A stretch of DNA of 64,000 nt from Hypanus sabinus (lineage: Eukaryota). Shown here one piece after another: positions 26,113-37,435 of this stretch; the stretch's first letter is position 1; each line of letters starts with the position of its first letter. Position numbers and translations under genes: made by a program. A model generated the notes under the pieces. The model had not been told where the DNA came from, did not search any database, and saw only the letters and a program-made list of their open reading frames with translations. The stretch covers positions 20,026,001 through 20,090,000 of the forward strand of contig NC_082736.1 in assembly GCF_030144855.1 (NCBI RefSeq), written 5' to 3'.

Positions 26113-26563
26113 ATGTTCATAACTTCGGTCATATATTATTTTTCGTGGATAAATAATAAATTGTGTTACACATTTGAGTAAAGATTCACTGGGCCTGCTT
26201 GAAAGGCATGCGATTCTGCTTTTTCAGTCGGCGATGCCCGCAAAACCTCATTGAATGAATTAAAATTAAAGTCTATCTTAATCTTTGCCGTCACGAACAG
26301 AAATCAGTTCACTCCAAGAGACCAGATGCATATATTCAAATTTTGCATTTATTAAATGGAACTGAAAGCGGATAATCCGTGATTTAATTAATTGGGGAAA
26401 AATATTTTCAAACACGGTTGCTGGTAATTTGAAAGTAATTCGGCACCAATCACACTATATTCTGAATGGCTGTAAACCGACAACTACGGTATTTTACAGG
26501 ATCCTAGCTCAGATGCGAATCAATATTCGCTGTGAGACTGCGCGTGATGAATGAAGGACTGAG

Positions 26564-26650
26564 CCAATAGCAACAACCGGACTCCGTTCATAGACACCTG
26601 ATGTTTAGCCAATCGGATACAATGGGACAGCCCTACTCTAACAGTATAAA
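26564..26650 (+). promoter_or_regulatory. H3 promoter
   Basis: CCAAT at 26564 and 26609, TATAAA at 26645. Confidence 0.75.
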
Positions 26651-26715
26651 ATCCTGTCCCGGAGTCCGTTTAGTTATTCTCGTCGTTGTATTTCAGCTTG
26701 TGTTGTTTCTCTTGA

Positions 26716-27132
<417 letters not shown>

Positions 27133-27160
27133 ACCCAGCCTGCACACCAAACACAGAGAA

Positions 27161-27176
27161 GGCTCTTTTAAGAGCC
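27161..27176 (+). terminator. Histone 3' stem-loop (H3)
   Basis: GGCTCTTTTAAGAGCC, purine-rich element downstream. Confidence 0.9.
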
Positions 27177-27915
27177 ACTATCGCAGCAGAGGAAAGGACT
27201 ATTAGTTCCTGCTTATTATTGTGGTGATGTACAATATCCCTCTGCCATCCTCCTGAGGTGTCTTTGGGAATGTTCAATGGCTCTGTTCAGTTCTGCAAAT
27301 TCCAACACTCACGTCAGGTTAACGCAGGGAATGACCGTAGATGAACGCACTCTCTCCCCGTCATCATCTCTGCTGATCATTCATTTCTCCCACACACCGG
27401 CCAGGTACAGCTTGTGCGACCGCTACCGTTTTCTTTGTTTTTCACAAAGGCTGTCCGTGGACCGAGAATGATCCCCTCCTCCGCCAGAAAAGAGCCACCT
27501 CTCATCTTCCAGCTCCGCCTCTATTTTGTACAACCAATTTCCAACGGTTTCGCGAAATACAGCGATTTCCCCAATTTCTTAGACGCGTAATGAAGGTCAG
27601 TCAGCAAAGCTACCGGGTAGTTTATCATATTTCCTCCCTGTACAGTCCATCCACAGAGAAGGATCAGTCCCTTCACCCTCTCCCGGGAGTCAGCCGTTCG
27701 CGATCTACACAGCTGAATTGAATTTTCGGCTGTGAGGCGCGGAAACTCCGCAGGCCATCAGGCTGCTTAATTCATGCTGAGGCAACTGTATTCCTGTTAT
27801 ATTAACCATCCTGTTGTGTATAATATTTATTAAAAATTACTATAAATTAGATATTTAGACGGAGACGTACGGTAAAGATTTTTACTCATGTCTCCGAACG
27901 ATATAAGTAATAGGT

Positions 27916-29923
27916 TGTAGCGGTGTGCTACAAGCAGCGCTAAAATTACGACACGGAGTCGGTACTGCAGTCGAAGGAAAAACTTTATTCGAAAACTTCA
28001 GCCTCACTTTTAAGCCTCTGTCAACCGGCCCCCCATGGCGAAGAGGCTCCAAAGCTCTGTGCTCGCAAACCCCCGTAGGCTATCTAATTGTGAGTCGGTT
28101 CGGATACGCTAGGAAATGAGGCGCTACATAACCACCCCCCAGAACCGGCGATACACCCCCCAATGTCCACAGCCTGGGCCAGAACCTGCTTGGGAGGTCG
28201 GCCTCTGCGCCGAGGCGCCGGAAACTCGGCCGGTTGCGCCAGGTCCACATGGGCCGGCTTGAGGCGGTCCACCGTGAAAACCTCCTCCTTCCCCCCAACG
28301 TCCAGCACGAACGTGGACCCGTTGTTCCGGAGCACCGTAAACGGCCCCTCGTATGGCCGCTGCAGCGGTGGCCGATGCCCGCCCCTTCGCACAAACACAA
28401 ACTTACAGTTCCGTAGGTCTTTGGGTACGCAGGTCGGGTGCCGCCCATGCTGTGAAGTGGGTATGGGGGCCAGGTTACCGAGCTTCTCGCGAAGTCTGCC
28501 CAGGACTGCAGCGGGTTCTTCCTCTTGCCCCCTCGGGGCTGGTAGGAACTCCCCGGGGACGGCCAGGGGCGCGCCGTATACCAACTCGGCCGACGAGGCG
28601 TGCAGGTCGTCCTTGGGCGCTGTGCGGATGCCGAGAAGGACCCAGGGAAGCTCGTCCGCCCAGTTGGCTCCTCGCAGGCGGGCCATGAGGGCCGACTTCA
28701 GGTGACGGTGGAAACGCTCCACTAGCCCGTTCGACTGTGGGTGGTAGGCAGTGGTGTGGTGCAGCTGAGTCCCCAAAAGGCTGGCCATAGCTGACCACAG
28801 GCTGGAGGTGAACTGGGCGCCTCTGTCGGAGGTAATGTGGGCTGGTACACCAAAGCGGGATATCCAGGTGGCGAGCAGGGCTCGGGCGCAAGATTCGGAG
28901 GTGGTGTCGGTGAGCGGGACCGCCTCTGGCCATCTTGTGAACCGGTCCACGATAGTCAGGAGGTAACGCGCTCCGCGCGACACTGGCAGGGGGCCCACGA
29001 TATCCACATGAATGTGGTCGAAACGCCGGTGGGCGGGATGGAACTGCTGCGGTGGGGCTTTGGTGTGCCGCTGAACCTTGGCCGTCTGGCAGTGCATGCA
29101 CGTTCTGGCCCATTCACTGACCTGTTTGCGGAGACCGTGCCAAACGAACCTGCTGGAAACCAGCCGGACAGTTGTCCGGATGGAGGGATGCGCCAAGTTA
29201 TGAATGGAGTCGAAAACACGTCGCCGCCAGGCTGCGGGGACGACCGGACGGTGCCGGCCGGTGGCGACGTCACAGAGTAGGGTCCTCTCACCTGGGCCCA
29301 CGGGGAAGTCCTGGAGCTGCAAACCAGAGACTGCAGTCCTGTAACTCGGAATCTCCTCATCTACCTGCTGTGCCTCTGCCAGTGCCTCAAAGTCTACCCC
29401 TTGGGAAAGGGCATGAACGGTAGGGCGAGAGAGCGCATCCGCCACGACATTGTCCTTACCCGAGACGTGCCGGACATCCGTTGTGTATTCAGAGATGTAG
29501 GACAGGTGGCGTTGCTGGCGGGATGACCAGGGGTCGGATGCTTTCGTAAACGCAAAGGTAAGCGGTTTGTGGTATTGGGCTTCGGCTTGCTGGAACCAGA
29601 GGTCCGGGCGCTGTGTCCAGAAACCCGGCAGTTTCAACGAAACCGCATGAACAGAGGCGGCGTCGGTCATTTCTGGTCCAAAAATAGTTTGGACCGTCGG
29701 GGTCACCAATTGTAGCGGTGTGCTACAAGCAGCGCTAAAATTACGACACGGAGTCGGTACTGCAGTCGAAGGAAAAACTTTATTCGAAAACTTCAGCCTC
29801 ACTTTTAAGCCTCTGTCAACCGGCCCCCCATGGCGAAGAGGCTCCAAAGCTCTGTGCTCGCAAACCCCCGTAGGCTATCTAATTGTGAGTCGGTTCGGAT
29901 ACGCTAGGAAATGAGGCGCTACA
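27916..29923 (-). mobile_element. Internally deleted Gypsy LTR retrotransposon (2008 bp)
   Basis: 213-bp LTRs at 27916-28128 and 29711-29923 that read identical, TGTAGCG...CGCTACA ends, TSD AGGT, PBS TGGTGACCCCGACG (29695-29708), PPT GGGGGGTGG (28132-28140). Confidence 0.95.
28084..29670 (-). CDS. gag N-terminus :: RNase H tail :: complete integrase fusion ORF (528 aa)
   Basis: MTDAASVHAVSLKLPGFW..WFQQAEAQ joined to HKPL..NVVADALSR, then HHCC (H..H..CMHC), DDE (HVDIVGP, SDRGAQF, GLVERFHR) and YEGPF; stop lies 45 nt inside the 3' LTR. Confidence 0.85.
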   Translation of the reverse strand: MTDAASVHAVSLKLPGFWTQRPDLWFQQAEAQYHKPLTFAFTKASDPWSSRQQRHLSYISEYTTDVRHVSGKDNVVADALSRPTVHALSQGVDFEALAEAQQVDEEIPSYRTAVSGLQLQDFPVGPGERTLLCDVATGRHRPVVPAAWRRRVFDSIHNLAHPSIRTTVRLVSSRFVWHGLRKQVSEWARTCMHCQTAKVQRHTKAPPQQFHPAHRRFDHIHVDIVGPLPVSRGARYLLTIVDRFTRWPEAVPLTDTTSESCARALLATWISRFGVPAHITSDRGAQFTSSLWSAMASLLGTQLHHTTAYHPQSNGLVERFHRHLKSALMARLRGANWADELPWVLLGIRTAPKDDLHASSAELVYGAPLAVPGEFLPAPRGQEEEPAAVLGRLREKLGNLAPIPTSQHGRHPTCVPKDLRNCKFVFVRRGGHRPPLQRPYEGPFTVLRNNGSTFVLDVGGKEEVFTVDRLKPAHVDLAQPAEFPAPRRRGRPPKQVLAQAVDIGGCIAGSGGWLCSASFPSVSEPTHN

Positions 29924-30150
29924 AGGTCAATTCAATTCGATGTCTGTCATTCTCCCGGGATAGGGGAGGAACTAGGCCTGCGACCATACCTATCACAAAC
30001 CCCGAGTAAAACTCAGCTTGAACGTCCAGGTTTCACTTCTAAAACTGGCTCGTCACGGCCGCACCGAGTGTTAGCGAGGTACCAAAATCTCAGTATTGTC
30101 GGAGAAAATCCCACGGAAATCTCCATCACGGGAAACACAATATCCAGTTT

Positions 30151-30189
30151 CAGCTCTTTTCTGAGATGTGGGTGGCTCTGAGAAGAGCC
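30151..30189 (-). terminator. Histone 3' stem-loop + HDE (H1)
   Basis: GGCTCTTCTCAGAGCC-ACCCA, then CAGAAAAGAGCTG. Confidence 0.88.
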
Positions 30190-30195
30190 GTTGGG

Positions 30196-30666
30196 TTAAG
30201 ATATTTTCTTAGCCGCAGGTTTCTTAGCTCCCGTTTTTTTAGCCGCTGTTTTCTTGGCGCCAAGCTTCTTGCTGGGAGATTTCTTGATTGCAGATTTCTT
30301 TGCCGATGGCTTCTTCGCTTTCTTCACCACCTTCACGGCACTTTTCCCTTTACCGGATTTACTGGATCCCGAAATATCCGAGCCCTTCATCTGAACCAAG
30401 GAGCCGCTTTCCACTTTCCTCTTGATGCTCATCTTGATCTCGGGGCGACGTTTCACCACATCGACACCGCTGCCGGTCAGAGCCTTAATGATGGCCGCAC
30501 CGGACATACCCTTCCTATCGCGACAACCCGCCACGATCTTATCGATCTGTTCGCCCAGCGTGGGACCGGTTGGTTTGCTCCGGGCAGCCGCCTTCTTCTT
30601 GGGAGTCTTTATTGCCGGGGCGGGTGCGGCTGGAGGAGCCGCTTCGGCGGCTGCTGTCTTAGTCAT
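30196..30666 (-). CDS. H1: Histone H1, short (156 aa) and divergent; possibly a pseudogene
   Basis: Ala/Pro-rich N-tail, globular domain (GSLVQMKG..SGSSK), Lys-rich tail; stop only 6 nt before the stem-loop; no CCAAT/TATA upstream. Confidence 0.8.
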   Translation of the reverse strand: MTKTAAAEAAPPAAPAPAIKTPKKKAAARSKPTGPTLGEQIDKIVAGCRDRKGMSGAAIIKALTGSGVDVVKRRPEIKMSIKRKVESGSLVQMKGSDISGSSKSGKGKSAVKVVKKAKKPSAKKSAIKKSPSKKLGAKKTAAKKTGAKKPAAKKIS

Positions 30667-31202
30667 GTCGGCGACTCTGGTAAATCCTTCACACAATCAG
30701 TACTGAATGAGAAATGAAGCGAAGGGTGGCGGCACAGAGCTTTCAGCTCCCGGCAGCTTCATTTTTCTGTGCTTCTCTCTCCTCAAAAACTCGCCGATTC
30801 CAATTCAAATCGGACGCTGCGGAGACTCGGACTAGTCCCTGTCTGTCACTGAGGCCGGAATGTTCGCTGGAAAGAATGTTTAATCGGGATTAAAGGCAGC
30901 ACTTGTTATTTTAACCAGTTTCGTTACTGCAATGCCTATGTTCTTTTTCCGGATCTTTGACTTGTTCTCTGCTTTTCGGCTGAAATATTTAAACTAATTA
31001 CAACTTTGCGGTTAATTCCGTCTTCAGCTGGGGAATGGAGCGATTCCGTAACAGAAAAAAAACTTTTCATTTTCTACAGGGAGCGTTGGGAAATCCGGCG
31101 ATGTGTTCGGACCCACAAACACAGTGACACTGGTCTTGGCCGCCCGCCCCTTTAAAACACTCTGAATCAGCAAGTCAGACAGCATCAATGGTGGGAATAA
31201 AC

Positions 31203-31238
31203 AGTCGACATTTCGTGCTGAGACCCTTCATCAGGACT
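31203..31238 (-). ncRNA. Minimal type-I hammerhead-ribozyme motif in a Penelope-derived repeat
   Basis: AGTC-CTGATGA-AGGGTCTCAGCAC-GAAA-TG-TC-GACT: catalytic core with a 4-bp stem I; stem II degenerate. Confidence 0.6.
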
Positions 31239-33143
31239 CTGGTAGGAGATGCTGCCTGACTTGCTGGGTTCCTCCAGCATTTTGTTCCGCGTTGTTAGCG
31301 ATTCCCAGAATCTCTCGGATTGATGCTAACACAATGTTCACATCTGCACCTTCACTGTGGCATCCAATCATTTACACCACTGCAACATAATGTACAAAAG
31401 GATATATTCAATTCCGTGTCTAATGAAGACCAGCATGTCAAACACACAGAATGCTGGTGGAACGCAGCAGGCCAGGCAGCATTTTGTGTGTGTTGCTTGA
31501 ATTTCCAGCACCTGCACATTTCCTTGCGTGTTCGTGCCAGCATGTTAAACCCCGTTATGCACCAGCCTGTCTACCACTGAGACCACTTCGATGAACTGCT
31601 TGTACACTTTACCCTTAATTCTCTCGGGTCCATTACACTCCGTAATGGCCGATCATTAATTGTGTAAGTTCTACACTGGTTTGAATTTCGTATATGCACC
31701 GCCTCTCACTTATCTATATTGAAATGCATGTGCCACGCTGCGGCCCTCCTCCCCAACCGATCAAGATCCTACGTTAACCTACGACCACCGACCTCACTGT
31801 CAAGAACATGGACAAATCATTTATAATGAATGCCGAGGCTCCCAACTCTGGCCCCTGCGGCTCACCACTAATCACCAGCCTCCATTCTGTGAAAGAAACT
31901 TCAAGCACAACCCTCTGCTTCCTACCTCCCAGATAACTTTGAATCCAGCTGACTATCTCACCCTGTGTACAATGGGGCCTAACCTTCCAGACCAGGCTGC
32001 CATGTGAGACTTTTCCAAGGTCCATATAATAACACATATACATTTTTTATCATCCTTTTCTTCAAAAACTCAGAGATTGTCAAACCACAACTCCCTATGC
32101 AGAAAGCCTTCTGACACCTAACCAGACTTTGGCTATTCAATTGCTGGGACATCGTGACTCAGAATCCTCTCCAGTAGCTTCCCCACTACTGATGTCAGGA
32201 GACCTGCTTGTACTTCCCGGCTTGTCCTTGCAAATGACAGAACAACATTAGCCTCTTTCCATTTTTCAGGACTTTCATCAGTGGTCTGAGGATTTTCACC
32301 TCAGCCTCCATGAAGTAACTGCTCAGATCTCGAGGATTTATTCCCTCCTAATGCAGTGCATGGCTGCATGTCACACCTCATCTGCAAACTCACTCGCCAC
32401 ATTCACAACAATGTCAGAGAAATTGTTCACATCAATGACAAATGACAGTACCAGCAACGATCTCTGTTAATGTCACTGGTCAGAGGCCTCCAACTTGAAT
32501 GACAAGCTTCCACGATCACCCTCTGTCTCCTTCCACCGAGACAATTTTGTGATTCTAATGTTGAGCTGTGTTCATCTGACAGTGGTGAGGACGAAGCTGT
32601 CCTAAAACATTCGGTGTGGGTTTAGGCTCCTGTACCTCTGGCCCAATGGTAGTAATAAAAAGGGGGCACCTCCTGGATGGTCCAGTGGACAGGGACCTGG
32701 CATGGGAAACTGGAAAGGGAAATTGAATCTATTTAATGTACTGGTGAAGCAGTTGGACTTAAAGATTTGATCAACAGGAGACACAGCCTTTCAGAAGAGA
32801 ACAGCAACAGCAACAGCCAGGGGATGATGGAGACAAGGAGATCTGTAGTCACTGGATTACTCCCGATGGCATGTACTGGTGAGTGCAGGAACTGGAGGAC
32901 AGGGCAGATGGATGTGAGGATGAGGACCTGGTACAGGAGGACGGGTTTAGGTTTCAAATCACTGGGATCTGTGCTGGGGCAGAGGTGAAATGTCAAAGTG
33001 GAACGGGCTGCACCTGAACTAAGCGGGTCAATTTTGGGCAGATTTGTTAATGCATCACAGGAGGATTAAAATGATTCTCTCAGTAGGTTGGCAACCAAAA
33101 CAGTGGTGCGGCAGATGATATCCCTTTACTCTGCCATGATAGT

Positions 33144-33377
33144 GGCTCCTAAAAGAGCCTTTTGTTGCGTTTAGTGCAAAGGCCGGGTTTAAGCAGGCTC
33201 CCCGCAGAAGCATCGAGCCAGCTGGATGGTAGCGGCGTGGATGGCGTACCGGTTAGTGTCCTAGAAGAGCCCCACCAGGTAAGCCTTGCTAGCTTCCTGC
33301 AGGACCCTGATGGTCGAGCTCTGGAAGTGCAGATTGGCTTTGAAGTCTGGAGCGATAACCCACACCAGGTGCTGGAA
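33144..33377 (-). pseudogene. H3: Histone H3 pseudogene, 3' half only
   Basis: [38 protein letters not shown]; internal stop and deletion; stem-loop GGCTCTTTTAGGAGCC at 33144-33159. Confidence 0.85.
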
Positions 33378-33393
33378 AGCCGAGCATCCAGTT

Positions 33394-34100
33394 TCAGATG
33401 GAGGTGCAGAGGCCCAGGCTCTGTAGCTGTTTTATCAGGACTGTAGGAATAACGGTGTTAAATGCTGAGCTCTCGTCAACAAACAGCATCCTGATATAGG
33501 CATTTGCATTGCCCGGGTGATCCAATGCTGTGCGGAGAGCCATTGAGATCACATTGACTGCAGACATATAGCGATAGGCAAATTGCAGTGGGTCCAGGTC
33601 CTTCCTGGGAGGGGTGTTAATTCTATTCATGACCAGCCTCTCAAAGCATTTCCTAACCGTAGATGTGAGAGCTACTGTACGTTAGTTCTTGAGGCAGCTC
33701 ACACTGACCTTGTTGGGTACGGGAGCAGTTGTTGCCCTTTTGAAGCAGGTCAGAAATTCTGACTGTAGCTGTGAGATTGAAAATGTCTTTGACCACTTCC
33801 ACCAGTAGGTAGGCACAGGTTTTCAGAGCCTTACCAGATATTCCATCAGGCCCTGCTGCCTTGCGAGAGTTCAGCCTCTTGAAAGACAGCCTGATGTCGG
33901 CCTCCAAGACAGAGATCACAGGGTCACCAGATGCTGCACCTATCCTCTCAGCTGTGGGTTTACTCTCCTTTTAAAAGCAAGTACAAAAGGGGTCAAGCTC
34001 ATCTGGTTGTGAAGCATCACTGCCATTCATGCTGTTGGGATTGCTTTGCAGCATGTAATGGCTGGAAAACCTGCCAGAGTTGACGTGCATCTGATGTAGG
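33394..34100 (-). mobile_element. Rex1/Babar-like LINE fragment abutting the H3 pseudogene
   Basis: RKAAGPDGISG, LDPLQFAYR, YIRMLFVDESSAFNT. Confidence 0.8.
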
Positions 34101-34929
34101 GAATGTTGGAAATTCTTTACTCCGGTGGGCATGAGGTCTGGATCAATGGAGGGGTTTAAAGATGAGGGGGTAGCATCGTGTTTAGTGCAATGGTTACAGT
34201 ACTCAATTCCATTTTGCTCTTCATATATCTGAGTAAACGTTTGGTATCATCTTTACTACCATTATTTAGCTTACCTTTGTATTCCATCTTTGCTGGTTTT
34301 AAAAAGCTTCCCAATTCTCTAACTTCCCACTAATTTTAGCTCCAATTTTGTCTTTGGCTTTTACGTTGGATAAAGATTTCCATTGTTAGAGCTGCACTAT
34401 CCTGACTGTAGAATACTATTTCTTCTGCTCTGGGAACTGTCTTTCCTGCACCATCCGATTTGCTCCCAGAAATTCAAGCCACTGCTACTCTGCCATCATC
34501 CCTGGTAGTATCCCCTTCCAGTCAATGACGTGAGATTGGATGGTTTGAGTTTGCTTTCCTCAGAAAGGAGCAAAATCTGACAGGGTGTATGATTGTGAGG
34601 GGTGTTGTAGGACAGACAGTGAGAAGCCTTTCCCCATAACAGTGATGTCTAAAATTTAGTACATAGGTCGAAGAACATAGAACATGACAGGGCAGGACAG
34701 GTCCCTTGGCCCACAATGATGAGGAAGGATTTAAGGTGAAGATGAAGAATGTAACGCTGGGGAGTTGAAGCATTTGCTTGAGAGTCTTCAGTGAGAGGAG
34801 GCTGAGAAGACAGACCGTTAGAGTCTGATAAGTTGTGCTTTCCTGCTTTACTTTCAGAATGAGGACAGTGGAGAAATCAGCTGGGGCACGTGTGATCACC
34901 CTGGAGGCCTTGTGACACAAAGGAGGCTC

Positions 34930-37340
34930 TCAGTGTCCCTGGGAGGACCATGGGTTGTGCACCTAGCTCTAGCTCCACACTGACTGTACGAAGGAAGTGG
35001 AGTGAAGGAGGACATACTGAGGACCCGACATGACACTGAGTGTATTACAGATTGGAGCTTCAGTGAGGTGGTCTCTTCAAAGCTACAGGCAGCAGGTAGC
35101 TGAGTGGCTGCGAGGAGATGTAATGGAAAAAGGCCCTCAGTACAGCAAGCTCCTGTGGCCATTGTCCTCAGCAACACTGTACCTGTTCTTGCTACTGCTG
35201 GGGGATATCCTGTCACTGAGACTGGCTCTGAAGCTTACCGGCTGAGGGCCAAGTTCTGCGCAAATCGAAAGTTGGGTTGGTGGGGGTCAATAACAGATTA
35301 TGGATCCACAAAATGATAGTGTGTTGTCTCCCTGGTGCCAGGGTCAGGGACGTCTCAGAGCAGAAGCAGAATGGGGGGACAGTGTTCATTCAGCCAGAGG
35401 TGGTACCAATGGACAGGCAGAAAAGGGAAGGGGTCCCACACAGTGTATGTTGAGAGTTAGGGAAGAAGTTAAAGAGTGGAACCTGAAGAGTTGTAAACTC
35501 TGGGTAAATCCCAGTGCCGTGTGGCAGTGTTGTTAGGGACAGAAAGTTAGAGCAGATGAATGTGTGGCTGAGGAGCTGGTGCAGGGGCAGGTTTCAGTAT
35601 TCTGGATCACTGGAACATCTTCTGGTGACCTGTACAAGAGGGATGGTTTCCAACTTCACTGGAGGGGGGTCAGTATCATGAGGTTCATTGCTGCTACCTG
35701 GGAGGGTTGAAATGAGATTGACAGGAATGTGAACCGGAACACCTGTCACTGAATGGAGAGATTGAAGCTAAGTTTGATGCTTAATACCATAAGGATGGAT
35801 TTTGAGGCAAATCCACATCTGACATGAGTTTGTTTAAAGATCAGCTGCACAGTGTTTCAGAGCCAGTTTGTTCCAGTAAGAGGGAGGGTCAAGGATGGCA
35901 GGTACTGGGACCTTGGATGATGAGAGATGAAATTAATTTAGTCAAGGAGCAGGACAAAACATTTGTATGCTTTAGAAAGCTGAAATCAAACACGGTGAGG
36001 TGTTTGACAATGTCCCACATGATAGACTCAACAAGGAATTTAGGATGGATCCAATTGCCAATTGGCTTTCCAATGGAAGGGAGAGGTTACTGGTGCATGG
36101 GTCCTATTCTGGGTGGAGGACCATGATGAGTCGTGATCCAGAGAGGTTTGTACTGGGACATTGATTGTTCATGATATAAATGATGTGGATAAAAATGTGG
36201 TAGTGTGGGTGAGTAAATTTGCAGATGGCACACAAATTGGTGGCACTGTGCATTGCAAAGAAGTGTTCCAAACGATACATCAGGATATTGAATTGTTGCT
36301 GATATGGCAGGAACATTACCAGTATTGACAAAGAGAAGGATGTTGGGATCAAACCATGCAGTGTCACTTAAACTGCGAGCGGTTTGACAGAGAGATAAAG
36401 TCAGTGTATTGCATGTTTGCCTTCATCAGGCAAGGCATTGAGTTCAAGCACCAGGATATTATTTTACAGCTTTATAAAAGCTGGTGAGGGCCCATTAAGA
36501 GTACAGTGTTCAGTTCTGGCCACCTCATTATAGGAGGCATGTGGAGGTTTTGGAGCAGGAGCAGAGGTGGTTTACCAGGATGTCTGGAGGTGTTGTGCGG
36601 TGAGGAGAGGCTCGACATGCTGGAGATTTTTCCTCTAGTGGCATTGGCTCAGGAGAGATTTGACAGAAATGTATAGAATTTTGCAGGACATAATTGGTGC
36701 AGATTGCTAGCAATATTGTTCACAGGTTTAAAATCCTTCTACCAGTAAGCATGTATTTAAGGTCAGGGAAGGAAGTGAAGAAAACAGAGTGGTGGAGATT
36801 TTGAATGCACTGTCAGGGGTGGTGGTAGAGGCAGAGAGCACAGGAGTATTTAAGGAAATCTTAGACAGACACAGGAATAAGTAGAGAAGGGCCAAAGTGC
36901 CAGCCCTGTACTGTGCTATGTTTGTGAACAGCAGATGGCCTCTGGCCATGGATCCATGCACGCAACAAGGATATTATATCCCGGACAATAAATGTCTGTG
37001 TGAGGGGCTACAAATGCTACAGGTACGATGGAGTGGAGGGAAGAGAGGAGGGAGAGATGTGCTTGATCAGGAAGAACATCTCCGTGGTACTTGGAGATTG
37101 TCCCAGTGATATTGAAGTAAGAAAGGGATGTTTTGATGGATTGTGTTAAAGGACATCAAATATCAGGAGTCAACAAGGTTGTAATAGAGGGACACTTCAA
37201 CTTCTCTCATGCTGACTGGGACAGCCATAATGCCAAGGGTTTGCTGGATCAGGATTTATTCAGTGTGCCCAGGAGATTCTTCTCAATCAGTATTTAGAAG
37301 TTCCTACTAGAGACAGGGCAACACTGAACCTCCTTTCCAG
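34930..37340 (+). mobile_element. Degenerate CR1 remnants (ORF1 esterase-like and ORF2 pieces)
   Basis: SKFADG.. RT motif near 36210, CR1-type 3' region, decayed ORF1-like sequence at 35100-35720. Confidence 0.55.
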
Positions 37341-37384
37341 ACTCGACAATTGACGGTGCTGAAGACCTCGATCCTTTCACACCG

Positions 37385-37435
37385 GCACAAACCAAAGTCT
37401 GTTCTCAGAGCGAACCACCGCCTCACAGAGGGAGC
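37385..37435 (+). pseudogene. Orphan H4-type 3' end (decayed stem-loop + HDE) without a CDS
   Basis: GCACAAACCAAAGTCTGTTCTCAGAGCGAACCACCGCCTCACAGAGGGAGC aligns with 26061-26111. Confidence 0.7.

Noticed and set aside
28084-29670. Domesticated integrase gene (GIN-type)
   Set aside because: Identical LTRs, TSD, PBS and PPT show a very recent insertion, not an anciently co-opted gene.
29671-29847. 59-aa N-terminal extension of the Gypsy ORF and the duplicated 64-aa LTR ORFs
   Set aside because: Non-ATG starts inside LTR/PBS sequence; the duplication merely reflects the identical LTRs.
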